Below are positions 12,572 through 23,500 of a stretch of 64,000 nt of DNA, piece by piece. The notes beneath the pieces were generated by a model. That model was given only the letters and a program-made list of their open reading frames with translations. It was not told the origin of the DNA and searched no databases. The first letter of the stretch is position 1. The number at the start of each line of letters is the position of its first letter. This stretch comes from Octopus vulgaris. Taxonomy: Eukaryota. The stretch is from the NCBI GenBank assembly GCA_951406725.2, contig OX597817.1, forward strand, positions 78,926,001-78,990,000, read 5' to 3'. Both the position numbers and the translations under genes were made by a program.

Positions 12572-13344
12572 CCTTTCTGCTAAATGCACAAGGTCTGAAA
12601 TTTGGGAGAGGGCGATAGTCAATTACATCAACCCCAGTACGTAACTAGTACTTATTTCATTGATTCCCATAAGGACAAAAGGCGAAGTGACCTCAGTGGA
12701 ATTTGAACTCAAGATGTAAGGAATGTTGAAATACTACTAAGCATTTTGCCCGGTGTGCTAACAATTCTGTCAGTTTGCCACCTTAATGATAACAACAACA
12801 ACAATAACAATAACAACAAAAACAACCACAAAAACAATAACAATACTAATAATGATTGTGATGATGATGATAACGAATATATCAATACTATAATGACACT
12901 AAAGATATCTCGGCAGTAATACGAGATTTATTACTTAAGTACTTGCTGCCAATTATTACTTGTAAGCAATCTTAGACATCTGGGATCATATTTTGGTTAG
13001 TCTTTCTGAGTTCTATATTTATTTTACATTTTTTTTATATTTGTTCATTTTATTGCAATTAAAGACAGAACACTTTCACTCCCTTCTCTTTTTCTTTCTT
13101 TTTTCTTTTCTTTTCTTTTTTTTTTGTCACACCACCCTTCGTAAAAGGATTTTGAAATCTCTTGATGAAATAAATTAAGCAAGTACTTAAGAATTGATAA
13201 GTTTATTTGCAAGTAAATATAATGTATCTTTTGTGTATGTGTGTGTGTGTGTGTAAGTATATATATATATACATATATATGTACATACATACATACACAT
13301 ATATATATGTAAGTGTGTGTGAGTGTATACAGTGAAATTCTTTT

Positions 13345-13375
<31 letters not shown>

Positions 13376-13423
13376 CTACATGTATGCTTGCGTGTGTGAA
13401 TATATACAAATGAAATTCTTTTT

Positions 13424-13467
<44 letters not shown>

Positions 13468-13475
13468 AGTGAGAG

Positions 13476-13602
13476 AGAGTGGTTGTATACTGTCAACATA
13501 ATGTGGCAGTCCCGTAAAGGAATTACACCACCGCTGTTTAGCCCTAGTGGTGTAATTCCCTTACGGGACTGTCACGTTATGTTGACAGTATATAACCACT
13601 CT
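13476..13602. repeat. Inverted repeat with 56-bp arms and a 15-nt loop, between (TA)n tracts
   Basis: agagtggttgtatactgtcaacataatgtggcagtcccgtaaaggaattacaccac (13476-13531) versus its near reverse complement at 13547-13602. Confidence 0.92.
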
Positions 13603-13651
13603 ATCACTCCACCACCGCTCATGTCTCTTTGAGACATTTAGAAATTCAATA

Positions 13652-13708
<57 letters not shown>

Positions 13709-13710
13709 AG

Positions 13711-13762
<52 letters not shown>

Positions 13763-13791
13763 GTATATATATATATATATATATATGTAAG

Positions 13792-13826
<35 letters not shown>

Positions 13827-13888
13827 ATGCGCATGCATATATACATAAATATACATATGTATAAACATTTATGTGTGTGTTAATAAGT

Positions 13889-14130
13889 GGAGGCCGATGG
13901 CTTTGTGGATAGAGTGTCAGACTCATGATCCTAAGATTGTGGTTCAGATTCCTGGACCAGGTGATGCTTTGTGTTCTTGAGCAAAACACTTCATTTCACA
14001 TCACTCCAGTCCACTCACCTGTCAAAAATAAGGAATTCTGCAACAGACTGGCATCCTGTCCAGGTGGGGAATATACATCTCACAAAACAGGGAAAACAGC
14101 CACATGAGTCTATGTGAATGAGGATGGAGC
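13889..14130 (+). mobile_element. tRNA-derived SINE, degenerate
   Basis: ggaggccgatggctttgtggatagagtgtcagactc...ggttcagattcctggacc head, then gtgttcttgagcaaaacact. Confidence 0.65.
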
Positions 14131-14367
14131 TTTATTCTTTTACATGTGTGTATGTATGTATCTATCTAGCCATATCTGAAACTCTGATGAAGATATAAGG
14201 TGTTACTCAGGCATTTAACTATGACACCATTGCATTATAGAGCAGAAACATCTGTAAGATAATTAAGTTCATATGATAATTGTCTATTCTTTTGTCATCT
14301 CACTTCTTTTCTTATTACCATTCTATCTCATCTAAGAATTTGTTCTGAAACATAGGTATATTGAGTA

Positions 14368-14696
14368 AAAGACCCCCTTCGGTCATGAATGACCATTGGA
14401 TTGCACCTAGAAAGTTACCCTCCTAGACACAAGTCCGGGCAAGGTTATTTATGGAAGGCCAGCAGTCGCCCATGCATACCAGCCTCCCTCTCCACGCCAC
14501 CAGTGTTATCCAAGGGAAAGACAAAGGTCGATACAGCTTGGCACCAGTGACGTCGCAACTCATTTCTACAGCTGAGTGAACTGGAGCAACGTGAAATAAA
14601 GTGCCTTGCTCGAGAACACAACACGCAGCCCGGTCCGGGATTCGAGCTCACAACCTCACGATCGTAAGCTCGATGCTCTAACCACTGAGCCATGCG
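14368..14696 (-). mobile_element. tRNA-derived SINE, well preserved
   Basis: Minus strand: gcatggctcagtggttagagc (A box)...gagctcgaatcccggacc (B box), then a CORE-like gtgttctcgagcaaggcactt segment. Confidence 0.85.
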
Positions 14697-14697
14697 A

Positions 14698-14733
<36 letters not shown>

Positions 14734-14995
14734 AATTTGAGGATGTAATTTTCTCTTTAGGAATTATAAAATCCTGAGATCAACTGGTGTTATCAATGAT
14801 ATATTGAGAGAATTTTCACAATATATAGAGATAAACAGTCTAATTTATAGTTATATTTACATAAGAAAATAAGTATCCACTATATATTTTCCTCTCCATT
14901 TTCTTATTTATATATAACTATATATATATGTATATATTGTACTATTTTGGGATCATCATTTTTTTTAACCATATACATATATATATACATATATA

Positions 14996-15590
14996 AAATT
15001 TTAAAATAGGATAAAATTTTTATAAGAATTTATCAAGTAGTCAGTGTGAAAAAACCTCATAAGGGAAAAATTTATCATTATTCCCTTTAAATATATTCGT
15101 ATTGAGGGCATGATAATACCTCATGATATGAGGGACTCTTAAAGTCAAAACTATCATAATAAATACAGTGTACCGAACACAAGGAAATGCAACTCTTGAA
15201 GCGAGCTCCTAAAAACAGATTTAGCTGCAAATCATATGATTTCATAGTTAGTGCACAAAATGCACTTTCTAATTGTCAGTGCAGGCATAATCAAGACATA
15301 AAAATGAGAAAAATATCAACATACCAGATCACCACCAAATGTATCCAGCATAGTATATAGAATTGTTCACACTTATATATCTATGTAAGAGACGTGCTTT
15401 TAGAATTGCATCTCGGTACACGTATTTATTCAGAATAATTCAGCACTGAATATATTCCAGTTAAGTTAAAACTTTAAAACAGTATAAAATCTTTTATAAG
15501 AATTTATCAATTAGTAATGCCCTTAATATAAATGAATATTTTCAAAAGGAATGATTATAAATTTTTCCCTTTTGAGGTTTTTTCATGCTG
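14996..15590 (-). mobile_element. Terminally redundant non-coding element (~473-bp unit) with inverted segment; Penelope pLTR/retrozyme-like
   Basis: Direct repeat 14996-15041 / 15469-15515; 15517-15590 is an inverted copy of 15042-15111; internal hammerhead-like motif. Confidence 0.65.
15225..15284 (-). ncRNA. Type I hammerhead ribozyme-like motif with one core mismatch
   Basis: Minus strand CTGCA-CTGACAA-TTAGAAAGTGCATTTTGTGCACTAACTAT-GAA-ATCATATGAT-T-TGCAG: stem I CTGCA/TGCAG, stem II AGTGCA/TGCACT, palindromic stem III; G8 is replaced by A. Confidence 0.6.
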
Positions 15591-15591
15591 A

Positions 15592-15890
15592 AAGAAGAAG
15601 AAAAATAATCAAGTGGAAATACAAAGGTTGTGGTCAATGAGGAGAGTAGAGATGATACCAATAGTAATTGGTGCACTTGGAAGTATCAGCACTTAACTAC
15701 CAGCATGACTGGAAAAGACTGGTGCAAGTGTGAAGTAGGACACCAACAAAAATCAGCATTGCTTGGAACTGCAAGAATTCTTCGCTGGGTTCATGAAGCA
15801 TGACTTGTAAACAAGTGTCACCTTAGTCTGCTGGCTATGGACCGCTGACACTTTCCATCATACCCAGCAAAATAAGCTGTGAGGTTTCAT
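15592..15890 (+). mobile_element. R4/Dong-like (RLE) LINE 3' end
   Basis: Translates to EIQRLWSMRRVEMIPIVIGALGS...QKSALLGTARILR, typical of RLE-element C-termini; compare 63300-63370. Confidence 0.8.
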
Positions 15891-17402
15891 TGCAGTTATT
15901 CCATGTTTTTAATGCCAGGTAAAATCTAAGCCAGTAAATTTATAACCAGAGGCTTTCATATTTTTTTTCCTATCAGATATTATGGAAAAGAAGGCTTTAA
16001 AATGATGATAATGATGATGATGACGACGACGATGATGATACCTGAATGATAAATAAAAAAAAGTGTCATTTGTATGGTCAATGTACTTGCTAGAAACAGT
16101 AGCCAAATTTCTCTTAACCCTTTGAATACAAAACCCACCTAAGACTGCCTCTGATTCTATGACACAAACCTCATTTAAAGTGATCTAAATTGCAACTTAT
16201 CAAAATTCTATGTCAGTTTATGTTTCAAGTACCAGCTTAATAACGACAAAGTTATTTTACTAAATTCTTCATTATTTTCAATAATTAATATACACAAAAG
16301 CAGTATTTCAACAGAAGTGTGGTGACAAAAAAGCAAAGTCAATTCCTACCATCTGAAAGAAAGAAATGAGTTGTTGTTTTACATTTTGTTAAGTCCTAAT
16401 GGTCAAAGACATTCCAGTCATAGCCATCCCATTCTTTCTTTCTTTTTTTTTGATGCCCCAGCATGGCCACAGTCTAATGACTGAAACAAATAAAAGGATG
16501 TGACATAAAGGAAATTTTACTTCTTGGAGTTTCAGTAACATCATGCATGTCCCATTCTTGAAAGATTAATGGATACCAGTTATACACTGAGTGGACTCAA
16601 TCTACATACATACACTCCACAAAAAATATTGGCCATTTACCAATTCTAAAAATAAATATTTTTATAAATTATAACCCACAATCAAGGCAACACAAAATAA
16701 TTTTTTTTAATATTGAAAAGAAAAAAAACTTGAATAACAGCAGACATATGATACATATGGTAGTCATATTTTTACTGGTCTTTTTTAAAGAAAATCTTTA
16801 CTTTAAATTCATAGTTCTGACAACATTCTCAAAAAATAAGAGAAAATAATGGTTAATTCAGGCTTTATTTTTTATGAGTTATGGAATTTTGGTAATCTCT
16901 TGGAATGCTTAACTGGAAAAGAATTGCATGTATTTAGAGAAAATGAAAAATGGTTTTGAAATAACCTTTGTAAACAATGAAATGAAATTTACAAAGAGAA
17001 GCTATTCTGACAAGACTTTTTAATTAATATTAATGGAAAGATGTCATAATTTTGTGAGTGTATGTGTAAGCATGTCTGTGTCTGTGTTTGTGGATGTGTA
17101 TGTGTGTGTATGCATGCTTATGTGTGTGAGTGTCATTGGGATAGAGAAAGAGTAGTTTCTACAGATTTAAGACTGAAAGTATATACATAAACACACATAC
17201 ATACATACATACATATAAACGCACCATACTACACAATATATCTATAGATGTATAGAGAGTTATAAGCATTTTATTTGTATACAATACCACTCTGTAGACT
17301 CCAAGAGGGATCACCAGTAACATTAATATGTATATGTGTATATATATATAAACATATATACATATGTACATATATGTATATATATGTGTGTATATATATA
17401 TA

Positions 17403-17434
<32 letters not shown>

Positions 17435-17699
17435 AAAATTGAGGGAGATAAATTAATATTAATTTTAATATCAATTTAAAACCAGTAGTCCAGCATTCAA
17501 AAAATCTGAGGAGTCAGAGAAAATTCAAATATATGTGTATATTGGCAGGGCTGGCCTGCTAGGTAGCCGGCCAGAATGCTAGAAGAAGATCATCAACGAT
17601 CAAACTACAAGGGAAATTCTCTAGAGGAAGAATTCAGCGAACACCAGAACCAACTTTGGCGGGCAGGACATATGAAAAATTAAATAAATAACAGACTTA

Positions 17700-17775
17700 A
17701 ATGCATACCTCGGTTTCGGTCTTAACAAAAGAATTACTTGCATAATTCAAGTGTCCGTGACTTCTTCAGTACATT
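17700..17775 (-). ncRNA. Minimal type I hammerhead ribozyme motif (left arm)
   Basis: Mirror image of 18318-18393. Confidence 0.7.
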
Positions 17776-18317
17776 CGGTCCTCGTGATGCAAACTACAAG
17801 ACTAACCCCAGCTCTCTGTGTCAAGACAGACACGTGCTTAGTCTTACTGATTACATCGGGAATAAAATTTCAAATGCCTTGGTTCTGGCGCGCTGAGAGA
17901 CTCCTGAAGCGAAGGACTGCAGTGAATAATTCAATGCGGATAGTGCTTACAACTAGGGAACGTATTTATTTAAATATTTAAAAATTGAGGGAGATAAATT
18001 AATATTAATTTTAATATCAATTTAAAACCAGTAGTCCAGCATTCAAAAAATCTGAGGACTACTGGTTTTAAATTGATATTAAAATTAATATTAATTTATC
18101 TCCCTCAATTTTTAAATATTTAAATAAATACGTTCCCTAGTTGTAAGCACTATCCGCAGTGAATTATTCACTGCAGTCCTTCGCTTCAGGAGTCTCTCAG
18201 CGCGCCAGAACCAAGACATTTGAAATTTTATTCCCGATGTAATCAGTAAGACTAAGCACGTGTCTGTCTTGACACAGAGAGCTGGGGTTAGTCTTGTAGT
18301 TTGCATCACGAGGACCG

Positions 18318-18393
18318 AATGTACTGAAGAAGTCACGGACACTTGAATTATGCAAGTAATTCTTTTGTTAAGACCGAAACCGAGGTATGCATT
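18318..18393 (+). ncRNA. Minimal type I hammerhead ribozyme motif (right arm)
   Basis: AATGTA-CTGAAGA-AGTC...(ACTTG/CAAGT hairpin)...GACC-GAAAC-CGAG-GTA-TGCATT; stem I 6 bp with one G-U; predicted cut after 18387. Confidence 0.7.
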
Positions 18394-18549
18394 TAAGTCT
18401 GTTATTTATTTAATTTTTCATATGTCCTGCCCGCCAAAGTTGGTTCTGGTGTTCGCTGAATTCTTCCTCTAGAGAATTTCCCTTGTAGTTTGATCGTTGA
18501 TGATCTTCTTCTAGCATTCTGCGGCTACCTAGCAGGCCAGCCTGAATAT

Positions 18550-18595
<46 letters not shown>

Positions 18596-18637
18596 ATATA
18601 TATATGTATATATATATGTATATATATGTATATATAA

Positions 18638-18680
<43 letters not shown>

Positions 18681-18693
18681 GATGTTCATATAT

Positions 18694-18820
18694 ATCATCA
18701 TCATCATCATCATTGCCAGATCAGACTGGGCCTGGTGCAGCCTTCTGGCTTCCCAGATCCCAGTTGAACCGTCCAACCCATGCTAGCATGGAAAGCAGAC
18801 GCTAAATGATGATGATGATG
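18694..18820 (+). mobile_element. Short RTE 3'UTR terminal fragment
   Basis: tgccagatcagactgggcctggtgcagcc...catgctagcatggaaagcagacgctaaat(gat)n. Confidence 0.8.
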
Positions 18821-18964
18821 ATAGATACATATATATATACATATATATATTCATATATATATACACATATATATATATATATATACATATATATATGTGT
18901 GTATATATGTTTAAATATTTGTTGTGCAAGATTTTTTATGTGATGTCGTGTGTTGAAACAGATA

Positions 18965-19410
18965 TTGTTGTATTTAGGAATGGTCATTTTGCCAGTTTAG
19001 CCAATGAAAACACACGCACTATATATTTGGTGTTACTTTGCTTCAGTGTTATTTATTTTTTACATTAATCTTTATCTTATTTCGGCCACAGTTCTTTCGT
19101 CACACTCCTGTGACCGCATCAGTGGTCCTTTGTTTTCTTCTTACTTATTTGTGTCTCTCCTTATTAACCGTCAGCCATTTTGCATTTCTACAAAATGGCT
19201 GACGGTTAGTAAGGAGAGACACAAATAAGTAAGAAGAAAACAAAGGACCACTGATGCGGTCACAGGAGTGTGACAAAAGAGCTCTGGCCAAAACAAGATT
19301 AAGATTAATGTAAAAAATAAATAACACTGAAGCAAAGTAACACCAAATATATAGTGTGTGTGTGTTTTTATTGGCTAAACTGGCAAAATGACCATTCCTA
19401 AATACAACAA
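18965..19410. mobile_element. Fold-back element, ~218-bp arms with 8-nt loop; Penelope pLTR-like family
   Basis: Arms 18965-19182 / 19191-19410; related sequence at 49063-49130 and 52330-52850; hammerhead-like motif in each arm. Confidence 0.85.
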
Positions 19411-19415
19411 AAAAA

Positions 19416-19450
<35 letters not shown>

Positions 19451-19453
<3 letters not shown>

Positions 19454-19869
19454 CTCTTTACTCTTTTACTCTTTTACTTGTTTCAGTCATTTGACTGCGG
19501 CCATGCTGGAGCACCGCCTTTAGTCGAGCAACTCAACCCCGGGACTTATTCTTTGTAAGCCCAGTACTTATTCTATCGGACTCTTTTACCGAATCGCTAA
19601 GTTACGGGGATGCAAACACACCAGCATCGGTTGTCAAGCAATGCTATGGGGATAAACACAGACACACAAACATACACACTCATTCATATATATATATACA
19701 TATATACGACAGGCTTCTTTCAGTTTCCGTCTACCAAATCCACTCACAAGGCATTGGTCGGCCAGAGGCTATAGTAGGAGACACTTGCCTAAGATGCCAC
19801 GCAGTGGGACTGAACCCGGAACCATGTGGTTGGTAAGCAAGCTACTTACCACACAGCCACTCCTGCGCT
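19451..19869 (-). mobile_element. Full-length tRNA/CORE-like SINE, family B
   Basis: Minus strand gcgcaggagtggctgtgtggtaag...gggttcagtccc...aggcaagtgtc, internal TA/TG tract, 3' body ending gactgaaacaagtaaaagagtaaaagag. Confidence 0.88.
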
Positions 19870-19884
19870 ATATATAAATATTAT

Positions 19885-20245
19885 TTGTTTCAGGCATTTG
19901 ACTGTGGCCATGCTAGAGCACCACTTTCAAGGCTTTTAGTCAAACAAATCAACACCAGGACTTATTTTTTTATCGTAGCACTTTAATCTCTTTTTCTAAA
20001 CTGCTAGGCTATGAGCCGATAAAGACACCAGCACTCGTTGGCATGCAGTGATAGGTGGACAAACCAAAGACACACTCACATACATATATGCAAATATATA
20101 TGACAGGTTTCTTTCAGTTTCCATCTAACCAAATCCATTCACAAGGCTTTGGTCAGCCTGAGAATACAGTAGAAGATACTTGCTCAAGGTGCTTCACAGT
20201 GGGACTAAAGCCAGAACCATGAGCTTGGGAAGTTTCTTACCACAC
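19885..20245 (-). mobile_element. SINE family B, older copy
   Basis: Collinear with 19451-19869. Confidence 0.8.
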
Positions 20246-20281
20246 ACACACAAATATCTACATGCATGCACAAACACACAC

Positions 20282-20316
<35 letters not shown>

Positions 20317-22077
20317 ATGCACTGTTCTGTGATGGTATAATGTAAGATCAACAAAAAATGTTGTCCATCTGGTGAGAGACAAATATTATTTAATAGCCAC
20401 AATACATATTTTTATGTGAAACTAAAAGTTTCATATGTTAAGGAAGAATATGCATAAAATATGGAGGCGAAAAACAAAAAAAGAGAAGAAAAAGTAAAGA
20501 GTAAAAATGGTAAAAGATATGATATATATCATTATCATCATCATCATCGTCATCATCAACACCATCATAAGCAGCAGCATCATTATTCTATTTATCTACA
20601 CTTTCCATATTGGCATTGGTTGGATGGGCCATCATGATCAAACCCATTAGTTATTGAGAGCCACTGTTCCCATATACCGGCGCTAGCATATGTCCTCTGG
20701 CCTATTTTATATTGCTGGATGCCCTTCCTATCACCAACCACTTCACACATGTACTGGCTACATTTTCTGATGGAATCAACATTAGGCAGATTGTATGGTC
20801 CTTCATAAGGCAAGATGCCTACAGATACCTCACTGTCCTATACTTTCTTTCCACATTTGTCAACCACTTCAAGTGTGTACAGGATGCAGTTTTCCATGGA
20901 ACCATCACTATAAAGACATCATTCTCATTTTCATCAGTCCCTTTAAATGTGGTACAGTTTGATGATTTTCTGTTTCCACACAAGTACAGAAACAAGGAGG
21001 AAAGTTGCCTTGGATCAGGTGATGCAGAGAGTACTAAGTAACCTAATAAGTGGACCAAGATGTAGGAGGTTAAATGAGAGAGTATCTTGACTGCAACATG
21101 GCCTAAAATAGGTGGAAGAAAGATGAGTGTAAGAGTAGCATGTATATTAGTTCAAATAATCAAAGTGGGGATTGGGAGGGAAAGCACAATCACATCAGAT
21201 GAACCAGAATGAGTGAGTGAGAGAAGAGGGAATATGATGTAAGAAGCAGGGTTCTTTGAGGAGTAGTGAGGAGATGTGTGATTGACAATAACCGAGGGGA
21301 TCAAGGATAAGAAAGTGTGATGAGATAAAAGGTTAGGTGGGTGATGAGTGGCAACAGAAGTGATCATAAAAGGAAAGAGTGTTAAAAGCAGAAATCTACC
21401 ACACTACATAAAGTAAATGAACTGACAATAAATGTATATTGGCCAGACTGGAATTTCATCATCAAAATGTATGTGAATATACCTGCAACAGATTTGAGAA
21501 CTTCACGTCTGAGCGATACATTTAGGTAGCCATTTAGAGAGATGCGACAATAGCAACTGTTTAATAGTACGTAAGAATGACTTTATAGTATATTGAGAAG
21601 AGGGATCAGAGTGATCCCACACAGTCACTTATAAATAAACTATGAAAGGTAAGAGAATCAAGCAGATGAGGAGTAATGAGAATGGGAAATGGGGAGGGTG
21701 TTATGATAATGACAACAGACAGAAATGCTAAGAGCAGAAGATTGTAAGCTTGGTAGGATGTAGAGATAGATTCATAGATACATATATAAGTATATAAATT
21801 GAGAAAAAGGAGGCAGTCAGAATTTTAGATGCATAATTCTTTATTAGCACTTTCGTGCATTTTTCAAACTCATTCAGACAAAATCAAAATCAAAATGGTA
21901 AAAACAGAACATTTCATTGTTTATTTATATGAATCGGATGGTTTTTTGCTTTGTTTAGAAGAGGAGAATATTGATTTTGCTTTTCTGGAAAAAGGGGGAA
22001 TGAGGGAAAGAAAAGCAAAGAAGGGGGAACAGAGAGAAAGAGAGAGGTTTCAGGACAATTAACAATGTATATATATG

Positions 22078-22124
<47 letters not shown>

Positions 22125-22439
22125 GTATAAATATATATATATGTATGTGTATATATATATGTATATATATATATATATATAAGTGTGTATATATGTATAT
22201 ATATATGCAAGTTTAAATGAAGGTTAAAATAACCACCTTAAAGGATAGAAAATATCCAATGAATTATTGGTTTGTTACCTACTAGTTTATTGTGAATAAT
22301 AATATTCCTACAATAATAGATTTCAGTATAAAACTTTGTTTATAAATATTCAAATTAAAACCTGGAAAATGGAGAAGTTGTGTTTCCAATTTGAATATTA
22401 ATTTGCATTTTAATTTGAACATGTGTGTGTGCATGTATG

Positions 22440-22471
<32 letters not shown>

Positions 22472-22483
22472 TACATATATATA

Positions 22484-22523
<40 letters not shown>

Positions 22524-22525
<2 letters not shown>

Positions 22526-22997
22526 TTATCGCCATACTAATATGGCATTCTTATAAAAATAAGAATAAAGCTGACCGCTCATTAGCTCCATGAGGCCATC
22601 GCCTTAAGTTAGCTATTTGATACACAAACTGTATCCATATAACCTTTGAACAAGGGAGGTCAGTCGCTCCACACTACTTGGCCGGCAGCTACAGACGCGT
22701 TTCGGGGTATTGCCCCTTTTCAATGCAGCATAGCCAAACCAGTAGGTGTCGCTTCTGACAATCTCTGTTCAAAGGTTTTATTTACCTAGCTTCGGTGGAA
22801 TACATCCACTTGTTTTCAATAATAGAAATATTAAAATTACTAAGTCTCTCTAAAAGAGAACAACGGCAGCATTCCCGGAAAATATTAGTTATCGCCATAC
22901 TAATATGGCATTCTTATAAAAATAAGAATAAAGCTGACCGATCATTAGCTCCATGAGGCCATCGCCTTAAGTTAGCTATTTGATACACAAACTGTAT
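22524..22997 (-). mobile_element. 363-bp terminally redundant element with hammerhead; retrozyme/Penelope pLTR-like
   Basis: 111-bp direct repeat 22524-22634 / 22887-22997 (one mismatch seen), (TA)n flanks, no ORF in the track, extensive internal self-complementarity. Confidence 0.85.
22688..22729 (-). ncRNA. Minimal type I hammerhead ribozyme, U3-A8 core variant
   Basis: Minus strand GCTGCA-TTGAAAA-GGGG-CAATA-CCCC-GAAAC-GC-GTC-TGTAGC; stems I and II pair, stem III is the palindrome ACGCGT; predicted cut between 22694 and 22693. Confidence 0.8.
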
Positions 22998-23004
22998 ATA
23001 TATA

Positions 23005-23225
23005 TATGTGTATGTGTCTGTGTCTGTGTGTTTGTCCCCCTAGCATTGCTTGACAACCGATGCTGCTGTGTTTACGTCCCCGTCACTTAGCGGTTCGGCA
23101 AAAGAGTCCGATAGAATAAGTACTGGGCTTTCAAAGAATAAGTCCCGGGGTCGATTTGCTTGACTAAAGGTGGTGCTCCAGCATGGCCGCAGTCAAATGA
23201 CTGAAACAAGTAAAAGAATAAAGAG
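23005..23225 (+). mobile_element. SINE family B, 3' half
   Basis: tttgtccccctagcattgcttgacaaccgatg...gctccagcatggccgcagtcaaatgactgaaacaagtaaaag. Confidence 0.85.
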
Positions 23226-23394
23226 AGACTGACAGATAAATGTGCACAACACACACACACACACACATGTGTGTGTGTGTGTGTATAATATTGCTATTTT
23301 TATACAAGAAAGTTGTTAATAGTGACTTCGAAATTTCGACCAGCTAACTGAACATAAAAACAAACATTGATATATACATATATATATATATATA

Positions 23395-23500
23395 TATAAT
23401 ATAATATAATATAATATAATATAATATAATATAATATAATAATATAATATAATATAATATAATATAATATAATATAATATAATATAATATAATATAATAT
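23395..23500. repeat. (ATAAT)n pentanucleotide microsatellite
   Basis: Directly visible. Confidence 0.95.

Larger units (their letters stand above)
17433..18559. mobile_element. 546-bp terminally redundant element plus ~500-bp fold-back copy; Penelope pLTR/retrozyme-like
   Basis: 80-bp direct repeat 17433-17512 / 17979-18058; near-perfect inverted arms ~17529-18037 / 18056-18559 (mirror ORFs 17751-17981 + and 18112-18342 -); (TA)n on both flanks. Confidence 0.88.

Noticed and set aside
17751-18342. Duplicated 76-aa ORFs as real genes
   Set aside because: They are mirror products of the palindrome, start at GTG and contain no recognisable domain.
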